A stretch of DNA of 64,000 nucleotides. Origin: a virus. Below, piece by piece: positions 42,919-50,944 of the stretch. Location of the stretch: the IMG/VR virus record IMGVR_UViG_3300028048_000141, positions 1,476 to 65,475 of that record; one strand, given 5' to 3'. A model generated the notes under the pieces. It saw only the letters and a list, made by a program, of their open reading frames with translations. It was not told where the DNA came from and searched no databases. The stretch's first letter is position 1. Each line of letters opens with the position of its first letter. The translations under genes and the position numbers were made by a program.

Positions 42919-43935
42919 TCACTTACCCCTGGCGAATCTTGAGAACGACAGCATGACCGTCGTCTTGATATCGGAATCGTTATACAGCGACTTCTTCAAG
43001 TCGAGGAGTTTGTCCATGAGGTCGACGAAGTATTTCTCGCTTCCCTCGAACCCGACCGTGTACTTGACCTTCGCCTCCAACGATTCCGGGATGGAAGTCG
43101 GACCGAGGTCCTTGAACAGGCAGTATTTCTCGATATCGAAGATGAACGCCGCGTATTGGTCAACGAACAATCTCAAATCGGTGCCGGATTTGTAGCAGTT
43201 TTCGAGAATCCCGATTACCTTCGCGTGTTCGCGGTCGACCATCGCGTCCGTCAATTTGAACATCGTTTCGTATGAGAACTCGCCCAAACACTCCAACACG
43301 TTCTCCATCGAGATGTCGTTGGAATACTGGGAGCATTTGTCTAGGTTGCTGATGGCTTCCCTTACGCACCCGTTGGACACCTTCGCGATATAGGTGCAAG
43401 CGGCATCATAGTTAGTGAATCCCTCTTTTGCGCAGATTTCCCTCAACCTTTTTTCGATGTCCTCGGCCGGGACCTTCGTGAGGTTGAATCTCATCAACCT
43501 GTTGAGAATCGTCGCCGGAATCTTCTGGGGGTCGGTGGTGCAGAACATGAATATCGTGAACATGGGAGGTTCCTCGATTCCCTTAAGGAACGCGTTCCAT
43601 CCCTGAGTGGTAATCATGTGCGCCTCATCGATGATGAAGATTTTGTATTCGCCGTAGATGCTCCTCTGTTGGGCGTCCTCGATTATTTCCCTGACGTTGT
43701 CGACGCCGTTGTTTGACGCCGCGTCGATTTCGATTGGCATGCCCTCCCCGCCGTTAATCTTCCTGGCGAAGATTCTGGCCAACGTGGTTTTGCCGGTTCC
43801 TGAGGGGCCTGAGAACAAATAGACGTTAGAATACTGCTTCGACTCCAACTGCCTTTCGAGAATCCTAATCGTAGACTTCTGCGACAGTGTTTCCCCGAAT
43901 TCGTTTGGTCTGTACTTAACCGCTAAACTTTCCAT
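42919..43935 (-). CDS. clamp-loader ATPase (DNA polymerase III gamma/tau-like)
   Basis: Walker A GPSGTGKTT, Walker B IFIIDEAH, sensor TTDPQKIPATILNR. Confidence 0.75.
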   Translation of the reverse strand: MESLAVKYRPNEFGETLSQKSTIRILERQLESKQYSNVYLFSGPSGTGKTTLARIFARKINGGEGMPIEIDAASNNGVDNVREIIEDAQQRSIYGEYKIFIIDEAHMITTQGWNAFLKGIEEPPMFTIFMFCTTDPQKIPATILNRLMRFNLTKVPAEDIEKRLREICAKEGFTNYDAACTYIAKVSNGCVREAISNLDKCSQYSNDISMENVLECLGEFSYETMFKLTDAMVDREHAKVIGILENCYKSGTDLRLFVDQYAAFIFDIEKYCLFKDLGPTSIPESLEAKVKYTVGFEGSEKYFVDLMDKLLDLKKSLYNDSDIKTTVMLSFSRFARGK

Positions 43936-43938
43936 CCG

Positions 43939-44316
43939 TCAAATCCTTTCTAAGACCTTTACCATGTTGAGTGGGAGCCATCCCATCCACACGGTTGTCT
44001 TGTCCGTTTTCGTTGCTGGGTCGTAACCGAATCCCATGACCTTAATCATCCTGTTCATCTTGGAGAGCACCTCGACCTTGAAGTACTTGTCCTCCGGTAC
44101 CTTGCCCTGATTCCAGTTGCTTACCAGGATTTGGTTGGCCAACGGATTCAACAACGAATCGTCCAACTCAATCAGGTAGCAACTCCCGACGTCCATTCGC
44201 ACGTCCGATATCTTAGGTATGTGCCACGTCTTCGTCCGTGCGTCGTAATTGGATAAATCAGCCTCTTGGACCTTGGCCAATTGGCTTTCAATTATCTTGT
44301 TCATGCCTTTGCTCAA
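43939..44316 (-). CDS. hypothetical protein
   Basis: 125-aa ORF. Confidence 0.5.
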   Translation of the reverse strand: MSKGMNKIIESQLAKVQEADLSNYDARTKTWHIPKISDVRMDVGSCYLIELDDSLLNPLANQILVSNWNQGKVPEDKYFKVEVLSKMNRMIKVMGFGYDPATKTDKTTVWMGWLPLNMVKVLERI

Positions 44317-44926
44317 TCAGGTAACAACTCATCATATCGGCACAATGTAAGAGAGTCGTCAGACTGCTTTTCGCCAAAATCGAACACATGTCCTTGTTCG
44401 CGTATCCGATGTCGAGTCCGCAATTGAAGTTAATCAACGCCGAGGTCTCGTCGGGATTGAGGGGGATGAACTTGCTCACGAGTAGGAACGTGTTGACGGC
44501 TACGTTTCCGAGTTCCCTGTCTTCCGGTTCCCTGATTTTGAATTCCCTGACGGAAGTCCATTTCCCGTTCTCGTCCTTGACGTTCCTGGCGTATTCCGTG
44601 AAATAGTTCGCCTTGCCCAAATCGTGGAGCAGGGCGACCACCTTAAGCGAGTTCTCGTCGAACTTCCTTTCGTCCGCCAGTTTCTGTTCGCCGAGGTATT
44701 CCATGTACCCAGCCAATTCCACGATTACCCTGTATGTGTTTAGGGAATGCTCGCAAAGACCGCCGTCGTAGGCGGCGTGGCATTTAATGGACGCCGGTGC
44801 GAAGAAGAAATCGCTTTCGTCCAAAAACGAAATGAGACCGTCGATATCGGCCCCGTGGATGTCTATGGATTTCAATAGGTTGACGAACGTCGCCCTGTTC
44901 TGGACAATCTTTTCCTTTGTTAACAT
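44288..44926 (-). CDS. HD-domain phosphohydrolase
   Basis: H...HD pattern: CHAAYDGGLCEHS then LLHDLGK. Motif-A promoter at 44941-44955. Confidence 0.6.
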   Translation of the reverse strand: MLTKEKIVQNRATFVNLLKSIDIHGADIDGLISFLDESDFFFAPASIKCHAAYDGGLCEHSLNTYRVIVELAGYMEYLGEQKLADERKFDENSLKVVALLHDLGKANYFTEYARNVKDENGKWTSVREFKIREPEDRELGNVAVNTFLLVSKFIPLNPDETSALINFNCGLDIGYANKDMCSILAKSSLTTLLHCADMMSCYLIEQRHEQDN

Positions 44927-45040
44927 AGTGCTTCCTCCTCACAATATTATACGATAAACTTAGAAAAAATGAAAGTGTTGATTGTATGGGTGTTATCGCC
45001 TCACCCGACTCCACCACCTCAGGAGGGTGCCTGAGGACAC

Positions 45041-45508
45041 TTAGTTCTTCTTCTTGAGTCTGTGTTCGAGCATCTTCTCGTGGTTCTCACGGTCGGTGAC
45101 GACCAAGTACTTGGTCTGCTTCGTGGAGATGAATGGGTTGATGGCTTCCTTAAGGGCCGCGTTGTCCTTGAGTTCCTTGTTCAATTCCTTTTTCTTGATG
45201 CTGACCTCGACCTTCAAGAAGTCGTTGAACCCGTTGTCGGAAAGGTATTTCTTGACGGCTTCCTCGTCGTCGTAGCCGGTGGTGCTGGTGACGCCGATGG
45301 ACGCGATGACGTCGCCGACCTCCTTCTCGTTGATATTGTTCTCAAGGAATTCCTTCAATAGTTCCGCCTTGATGCCGTTGGCCTCGTTGCGGGCTGCCTT
45401 GATTTCCTCCTCGATTGCTTTCTTCTCCCCCTCCCTGAAGTCTGCAAAATACTCAAGTTCGAAGACCTTGTTGATTTTTTCTTCCTGTGTCATATGCTTT
45501 CCTTTCAA
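45041..45508 (-). CDS. hypothetical protein
   Basis: 155-aa ORF, K/E-rich. Confidence 0.5.
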   Translation of the reverse strand: MKGKHMTQEEKINKVFELEYFADFREGEKKAIEEEIKAARNEANGIKAELLKEFLENNINEKEVGDVIASIGVTSTTGYDDEEAVKKYLSDNGFNDFLKVEVSIKKKELNKELKDNAALKEAINPFISTKQTKYLVVTDRENHEKMLEHRLKKKN

Positions 45509-45522
45509 GAATATGTATGTTA

Positions 45523-45597
45523 TGGTCCTCCAGCAGGGAGTCGAACCCCGATTTAGCCCTTATAAGGAGCCCACTCTGACCGTTGAGTTACAGGAGG
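45523..45597 (-). tRNA. tRNA-Ile (anticodon UAU, reads AUA)
   Basis: D-stem ACUC/GAGU. Anticodon stem GGCUC/GGGCU with G-U pairs. Loop CUUAUAA. T-arm CGGGG-UUCGACU-CCCUG. Confidence 0.55.
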
Positions 45598-45605
45598 ATA
45601 TGTCA

Positions 45606-45690
45606 TGGTGCCCAAGACCGGAGTCGAACCGGTATGCCTTTCGGCGAGGGATTTTAAGTCCCTTGCGTCTACCGATTCCGCCACTCGGGC
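45606..45690 (-). tRNA. tRNA-Leu (anticodon UAA), class II
   Basis: 85 nt. Acceptor GCCCGAG/CUUGGGC, stem AGGGA/UCCCU, loop CUUAAAA, long variable arm. Confidence 0.75.
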
Positions 45691-45693
45691 AAT

Positions 45694-45773
45694 TGGTTGC
45701 AGGACTAGGAGTCGAACCTAGTATCTCAACCGGTTATGGGCCGTGAATGGTATATCCGTTCCACTCTCCTGCA
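45694..45773 (-). tRNA. tRNA of undetermined identity (80 nt)
   Basis: Clear acceptor UGCAGGA/UCCUGCA, T-arm CUAGG-UUCGACU-CCUAG, and ACCA. The anticodon arm could not be folded canonically; a CAU triplet is present. Confidence 0.4.
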
Positions 45774-45827
45774 ATATATGTAATCGAGGTCTTTTATAAC
45801 GGTGTCTCTTAACCGAGGATAATCGTT

Positions 45828-46224
45828 TGGTGGACCCGCCGGGAGTCGAACCCGGGTCCAAATACCTTTGGGCGACAATCTCTACATCTTAGTCGATTTG
45901 ATTGTGACGGCAGGATGTTTAACCGACAACGTCCCCTGACCGTGTACGCCACATTTGTTTTCGCTTTCCTCGGGTGACGTTCCTCGGTTCGCTAGTCCGA
46001 TTGTTTGCCCGAATACCGCCATCAGACTTCACGGGATTCAGGAGAGCCGTTACTCAGATTAGTAACTTAAGGCCATTCTAGGAGTGCCAACTTTGAAGAG
46101 GTTGGCGAAGAATGATTTGACTCTGTTGATTAAAGATTTGCCATTTGTTGTTTGTTTGGTTTATGGTGACCAACCGATGCAATCGTAACCCGCAAATACC
46201 TGTCAAAACCAAATATACGAGCCC
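45828..46224 (-). ncRNA. ssrA: tmRNA (SsrA), about 397 nt
   Basis: 3' end GGACCCGGGUUCGACUCCCGGCGGGUCCACCA is a T-arm plus acceptor with no anticodon arm, as in E. coli GGACGCGGGUUCAACUCCCGCCAGCUCCACCA. The 5' end GGGCUCG pairs with CGGGUCC including a G3-U70 wobble, and A73 follows. The 5' region UUUGACAGGUAUUUGCG and GGUUGGUCACCAUAAACC parallel E. coli UUCGACGGGAUUUGCG and GGUUGGCCUCGUAAAAAGCC. The tag ORF is not resolved. Confidence 0.65.
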
Positions 46225-46282
46225 AGTTTGTTTTTCCCGACCTGGCAATGGCCGGAAGCACGGATTTCCCATCCGCACCCTT

Positions 46283-46311
46283 ATTTTAGCACGTTTGGGC
46301 AGGCAAGTCAA
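46283..46311 (-). promoter_or_regulatory. sigma70 promoter TTGACT, 17-nt spacer, TAAAAT, upstream of the tmRNA
   Basis: Minus strand reads TTGACTtgcctgcccaaacgtgcTAAAAT. This implies a roughly 50-nt leader that would be removed by RNase P. Confidence 0.5.
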
Positions 46312-46362
46312 CGACTTTCGCGTTTTCTGACTTAACCTGCCCACGCACATCATGCATTACCT

Positions 46363-46755
46363 TTAGGCTTCGAATCCGCCGTCGTCATTGCCACCGTCAT
46401 TCCCTATTTTGCCAAGCATGCGCCTTGCGTTGTCCTGCTTGTTCTGGAGTGCGTTCTTCAGGAACCTGGCCCTTTGTTCATGGAAGTTGAGTTCCAATCC
46501 CATATGGTAGGTTTCCGCGACGTCCGCCTCCTCGGGCAATAGCCAGTAGGGCTTCGGGGCCTCGTCGTTGTCGTCGACGTATTCGATTAGCACCTTCGAT
46601 TTGCGGTCGTCGAGATTGACCGCCACCACGATTTTTCCGCCTTCCAGCAACATGGAGACCGTATCTCCGATTTTCTTGTAGAACGTGGCTGCGTCCGGAT
46701 AGTTGACCTTGTCCAGGACCACCCTGTTCACATCGTTTAGGATTGTCGTAATCAT
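46363..46755 (-). CDS. hypothetical protein
   Basis: 130-aa ORF. Confidence 0.5.
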   Translation of the reverse strand: MITTILNDVNRVVLDKVNYPDAATFYKKIGDTVSMLLEGGKIVVAVNLDDRKSKVLIEYVDDNDEAPKPYWLLPEEADVAETYHMGLELNFHEQRARFLKNALQNKQDNARRMLGKIGNDGGNDDGGFEA

Positions 46756-47108
46756 TTGGAATTCTCCTCCTCAAGTTTCCCCACGAGGAACCTGAACAGC
46801 GATTCGTCGATTAGGAAGTAGTTTTCGGTCCCGGGTGCGAACGTGACCGCTATGGCCGTGTTGGATAGGCGTTGCGTGAACGCCTCCTCTTTGTTCTTGT
46901 CAATCCATTCCTTTTTGATGGATATCGAACTTTTCTCGGATGTCGGCGTTTTGCATTCAATCAGCATGGACGCCCCGTCATGATGGACGTCGCCCTTTCT
47001 GAACTTTCCGGCACCCGAGTTGGAGACCTGTTGCCCTCCGACCAGTTTGACGACCGATTTCTCCTGCATGTCGGAGTAGTACCTAGTGCTTTCCCTGTTC
47101 TTAGTCAT
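46752..47108 (-). CDS. putative PD-(D/E)xK nuclease (VRR-NUC-like)
   Basis: GAGKFRKGDVHHDGASMLIECKT fits the G..G.(P)D...ExK pattern. Sits next to the recombinase gene. Confidence 0.45.
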   Translation of the reverse strand: MTKNRESTRYYSDMQEKSVVKLVGGQQVSNSGAGKFRKGDVHHDGASMLIECKTPTSEKSSISIKKEWIDKNKEEAFTQRLSNTAIAVTFAPGTENYFLIDESLFRFLVGKLEEENSK

Positions 47109-48273
47109 CGGCCTGTTCCTTCGCCAAATCGACCCCGAACTTCTCCTCGATATCGGTATCGAGCATCTCGTTGAAGATGGCGACGTAGTTGTCTTCCTTC
47201 TTTTCGAGTCTCTCGTAAATCTTGGTGTAGAGTTTCTTCCAGACGTCCTTGTGTTCCTCGAAATATGCCTTGAGTTTCTTTCTGCCCTGGACCTTGATTG
47301 GCTTGCCGTTGTCGTCGAACATGGCCGCGCCTTCGTAGTCCGGATTCATCACCACATACCATCCGGCGGACGCGTTCATGATGTAGCCGAAGTGCAAGGC
47401 GACGTCGATTGTGTCTTCGAGGATGTCCACGCCCCTGACGTAGTTGAGGTGCATGTATCCGACTTTCCTGTCCCACTTGCAGACTTTCGTCTTGAGGACG
47501 GCCACCTCGATGATGTGTCCTGCCGGCGATTCGGCCTTGGTGGTCAGTTTCGCGCCTTCGTCGTCGAAGAATTCGCCACGCTTGAACATGAGCCTCATGG
47601 AGCATGCGTGTTTCCAGGCACGTCCGCCGGGGGTCATCAGGAAGTCGCCATAGCCGGAGAGGTTTTCCCTGACCTGGTTGATTGCGACCAACGTGGCCTT
47701 GTATTTCCTCAACAGCCCGATTGCCGTGTTGGCGAACCTGGTCAATGAGCCTGAGATTCCGCCCATCTGTTTCTTTTCCATCGATTCGTTGGCGATTTGC
47801 ATGGGAACCAACGTGGCGATTGAGTCGAAGATGAGCAAACCGACCTCTCCGGTCTTCAGCATCTCCAACGCCATGTCGAAGATTTCCTCGGCCGATTGCG
47901 CCTCCGGTCTGATGATGACCGTCCTGACGGGTGCATCGGCATCCATGTCGTATCCGAGTTTCTTTGCCCAGACCGGGTCAGCGGTGCCCTCGTTGTCCAA
48001 TAGGACGATGGCACGTGGATTGTCGGGGTTCCTTTCGATTTCGGCCCTTTGGTATGATGCCGCAATCATGAACGCGGTGGTGGTTTTTCCCGAACCCTCG
48101 GCACCACTCAATTCGATGATACGTCCCTCAGGCACACCGCCGTAAACGCAGTAATCGAACGACGGGGAACCCAACGAAAGCATGCCGTCGACGGACAATT
48201 CCTCGACGCCTACCTTGACGACAGAGTCGCCGTATTTCTTTGAGATGTTCTTCAATACATCGGTTAATCCCAT
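47101..48273 (-). CDS. RecA/UvsX-family recombinase
   Basis: Walker A SGAEGSGKTT. RecA core LLIFDSIATLVP. 390 aa. AAGGAGG RBS. Confidence 0.8.
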   Translation of the reverse strand: MGLTDVLKNISKKYGDSVVKVGVEELSVDGMLSLGSPSFDYCVYGGVPEGRIIELSGAEGSGKTTTAFMIAASYQRAEIERNPDNPRAIVLLDNEGTADPVWAKKLGYDMDADAPVRTVIIRPEAQSAEEIFDMALEMLKTGEVGLLIFDSIATLVPMQIANESMEKKQMGGISGSLTRFANTAIGLLRKYKATLVAINQVRENLSGYGDFLMTPGGRAWKHACSMRLMFKRGEFFDDEGAKLTTKAESPAGHIIEVAVLKTKVCKWDRKVGYMHLNYVRGVDILEDTIDVALHFGYIMNASAGWYVVMNPDYEGAAMFDDNGKPIKVQGRKKLKAYFEEHKDVWKKLYTKIYERLEKKEDNYVAIFNEMLDTDIEEKFGVDLAKEQADD

Positions 48274-48378
48274 TACATTTCCTCCTTCTTGTATTTTCTG
48301 ACGTTTTTCCTGAATATCCTGATGACCTTCCTCAACGCCCTCTTGGTCTTTCTGTCGAGGACGGTTTTACCTTTGCCG

Positions 48379-48957
48379 TTATTGTCCATTGCCCTTGAAT
48401 CCACTCTTGTTCTGGTTGACCCCTCCGAACATGGACAATTGCTTATCCTGCGCGTGGGAACTGATGAGTTTGCTCAATGTCCTTACCATTTCCTGGGCGG
48501 CCTCGATTTTGCTCTTGACGATTCTGAAACTCCTGGAGTAGATTTGGTTGATGATTGTCTCGTTCAACGATGCCTTCTCGGCGTATGCCACATGGTCTCC
48601 GACGGTCGTTCTGGCCTTCTTCGATGAGGTGTCGACTGCCGCCTTCGCCTGGCTTTCGCTGTAGGCCTCGTTGTATTTCATCCTGGCACTCGTCTTGGAC
48701 ATGTCGTCGTAGAACCCGAAGAACTCGCAGTTGGCGTTCAGGAAGTAGAGTGCGTTCGTGAGTTCGAGGAAATACCTTTCCAACAATTCGTCCGACGGAT
48801 TGTCCTGGATGACGATTCTCTCCTGAATCTCGGTCATCAAAGCGTCCAAATCCTCGGTCTTCGCCTTGACGATGTCATTGGCAATCAACTGGATGGTTCT
48901 TACCTGCTCGTCCGTTTCCTTGAGCAAATCGTTTAACGTTTCCTTAGTCACTTCCAT
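48379..48957 (-). CDS. hypothetical protein
   Basis: 192-aa ORF between the recombinase and the resolvase. Confidence 0.5.
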   Translation of the reverse strand: MEVTKETLNDLLKETDEQVRTIQLIANDIVKAKTEDLDALMTEIQERIVIQDNPSDELLERYFLELTNALYFLNANCEFFGFYDDMSKTSARMKYNEAYSESQAKAAVDTSSKKARTTVGDHVAYAEKASLNETIINQIYSRSFRIVKSKIEAAQEMVRTLSKLISSHAQDKQLSMFGGVNQNKSGFKGNGQ

Positions 48958-49297
48958 ATGTCGAACATCCTCCCGGACAACCCGTGTCCAAATTCAATGT
49001 GCTTACCCATTCCGAGAACGCGTCGTCCTCGTATTTCTCCTTGAGCCAATCGCAGAACCCATAGTCGGAGTATATCTCCCACATATCCAACGTGTTGTTG
49101 AGCCATGAGTCCTCTATTCCCTTGACGAATTCCTTTGCCCCGTCCTCTAGGTACCAAGCAAGGGGATGGTAGGGTTTGTTGTAGTGTTTGCAGTACTTGT
49201 ATTCAATCACGTCCTGCAACGACTCATGAACCGCGTACCCGTAATCGACCACGGAGTTTCCGCCGTAGTCGAAGGTGTAGTATACAATCTTATCCAT
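48944..49297 (-). CDS. hypothetical protein
   Basis: 117-aa ORF. Confidence 0.5.
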   Translation of the reverse strand: MDKIVYYTFDYGGNSVVDYGYAVHESLQDVIEYKYCKHYNKPYHPLAWYLEDGAKEFVKGIEDSWLNNTLDMWEIYSDYGFCDWLKEKYEDDAFSEWVSTLNLDTGCPGGCSTYGSD

Positions 49298-49769
49298 TTT
49301 GCATCTCCTTCAACGCCTTTACCAGATACGTGTAATCGGTATTGAGGAACACCCTCTTCTTAACCGACGGAATGTCCACTACCTTATACTCATCGACCAT
49401 ATTCGCGTTTATAGATTTATGGCCGTCCTCACGTATCCTCTGAAGTTCCTCTGCCGGGAACCACATGACCTTATCCTGCTTTTCGAACCATACGAGGACC
49501 CCAGGATAGGTGTCCTCGGTCCCGATGTAAGACACGAGCCTATCGTACTGTCGTATCTTGGCGAAGTTCAACGTGTTCTGATTCGTAGACTTGCACTCCA
49601 TCAGGAACAGCATCTTGTTTGTGAACCCGATGAAGTCGCAGGGATTCTGGCTTGTGGTAAGATACCCGGATATTTGGTCCGGAAGTCTGTAGATGAAGGA
49701 TTTCGGGAAGCACCTCTTCCAGTCCTCCTTCACCTTCGCCTCAAACTTCTTACCCCTGTTTACCGCCAT
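49290..49769 (-). CDS. recU: RecU-like Holliday-junction resolvase (PD-(D/E)xK)
   Basis: NPCDFIGFTNKMLFLMECKST matches the RecU D...E-x-K core. Confidence 0.65.
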   Translation of the reverse strand: MAVNRGKKFEAKVKEDWKRCFPKSFIYRLPDQISGYLTTSQNPCDFIGFTNKMLFLMECKSTNQNTLNFAKIRQYDRLVSYIGTEDTYPGVLVWFEKQDKVMWFPAEELQRIREDGHKSINANMVDEYKVVDIPSVKKRVFLNTDYTYLVKALKEMQNG

Positions 49770-50890
49770 TATCGGGTCTCCCTCACCTCGGGAAGTATGT
49801 TCTTGACGTTGTTCCTCTCGATGATGATTGCCTTGTTGTTCCCGAACCTGATTGTGATGAAGTCCTCATCGCAACTCTCAAGCGTCAACTTAAGGTCGTT
49901 CGCGTTCAACAACACGGAATAACTGATTGCCGATGCCGCGTTCGAGTATGGAACCGGTTCGAGGTTCTCCTTCTTGGTGTCGTAGACAACCAATTCGTCG
50001 GAGCCGAAATCGATATGGAATATCGGACTGAGCGTCTTCGATTTGAGGTCCACGAAGATTGCCAACCTGTTGATTGCGTCGAGAAGGATGTTCTTGTCGA
50101 CGACTACCTCGTATTTGTAAACCGAGTTGGCGAGGTTTCTGATTGCCTCCTTGGGTACCATCGTGGTGAATGCCTTATCGGAGGTGAGGATGGCCACCAA
50201 TTGGATGTAGTCGTCCTCGAAACTGACCTTCGTCTGAACCGCCCCGGCGACCTCGTCGTAACCGATTTTGAAGTCGACCGAATCGGAGTTGAACAACTTG
50301 AACAGTTTGACTAGTTTCTCGCTTAACGTCAACACGACAGGCTGGGGCAATGTGAATGAGTTGACGCAGGCCCCGGCCGCGAACGTGATGGCCCCTTGCT
50401 CGTCGACGTGGAAGAACCTTCTCGCGTCCTTTGAGGAAGAGCCGCTCTTCGCCAATTCCTTCGAGTTGTATTTGAGGATTGACTTGAGTATCGTCGTGTC
50501 GATTGCGAACTCGCTCGTCACGTTGTCGATGTGGATTTTATTGATGGTCACCAACGCACCATCCTTGTCCACGATATACGGAATCTTGTATTTTCCGTTC
50601 GCCTTGATTAGAAGGTACGTGTCTTCCTGTTCGAAACTCACCTCTTTCGTGGTGATTTTGCTGATTAAGTCAAGGAAGAGCGTGGCCTTAACCACGACGT
50701 GGAACTCCGTCTCGAATTCCAAGGGAATCTTGACCGAGACGAAATATTCGTTGTTCGCCACGTTCAAGTGCAAGACGTTCCCGACCATCTCCATTTCCAG
50801 TGTCTCGCTTCCGGGGGTACTGGAATGGGAATCGACGGCGTCGAAAATCTTCTTTGCGCTGTCCTGTAGCAATTTTGTTTCAATTACCAT
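49769..50890 (-). CDS. dnaN: DNA polymerase III beta sliding clamp (DnaN-like)
   Basis: 373 aa. N-terminal LEMEMVGNVLHLNV resembles the DnaN LEMEMVARV segment. Confidence 0.7.
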   Translation of the reverse strand: MVIETKLLQDSAKKIFDAVDSHSSTPGSETLEMEMVGNVLHLNVANNEYFVSVKIPLEFETEFHVVVKATLFLDLISKITTKEVSFEQEDTYLLIKANGKYKIPYIVDKDGALVTINKIHIDNVTSEFAIDTTILKSILKYNSKELAKSGSSSKDARRFFHVDEQGAITFAAGACVNSFTLPQPVVLTLSEKLVKLFKLFNSDSVDFKIGYDEVAGAVQTKVSFEDDYIQLVAILTSDKAFTTMVPKEAIRNLANSVYKYEVVVDKNILLDAINRLAIFVDLKSKTLSPIFHIDFGSDELVVYDTKKENLEPVPYSNAASAISYSVLLNANDLKLTLESCDEDFITIRFGNNKAIIIERNNVKNILPEVRETR

Positions 50891-50925
50891 TTGATTCTAT
50901 CTCCTCTCACACATCCATATTATAC

Positions 50926-50940
50926 ACGTTTTCATGATAA
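50926..50940 (-). promoter_or_regulatory. motif-A promoter for dnaN
   Basis: + strand catattatacacgttttc. Confidence 0.4.
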
Positions 50941-50944
50941 ACTA

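Noticed and set aside
46078-46353. 91-aa ORF at 46078-46353
   Set aside because: It lies entirely inside the tmRNA and its promoter and leader. Its frame simply runs through the tmRNA tag region.
48285-48398. 37-aa basic ORF (MDNNGKGKTVLDRKTKRALRKV...) overlapping the RBS region of the recombinase gene
   Set aside because: It overlaps the 3' end of the upstream gene and has no RBS of its own. It is probably spurious, although a small basic peptide cannot be excluded.
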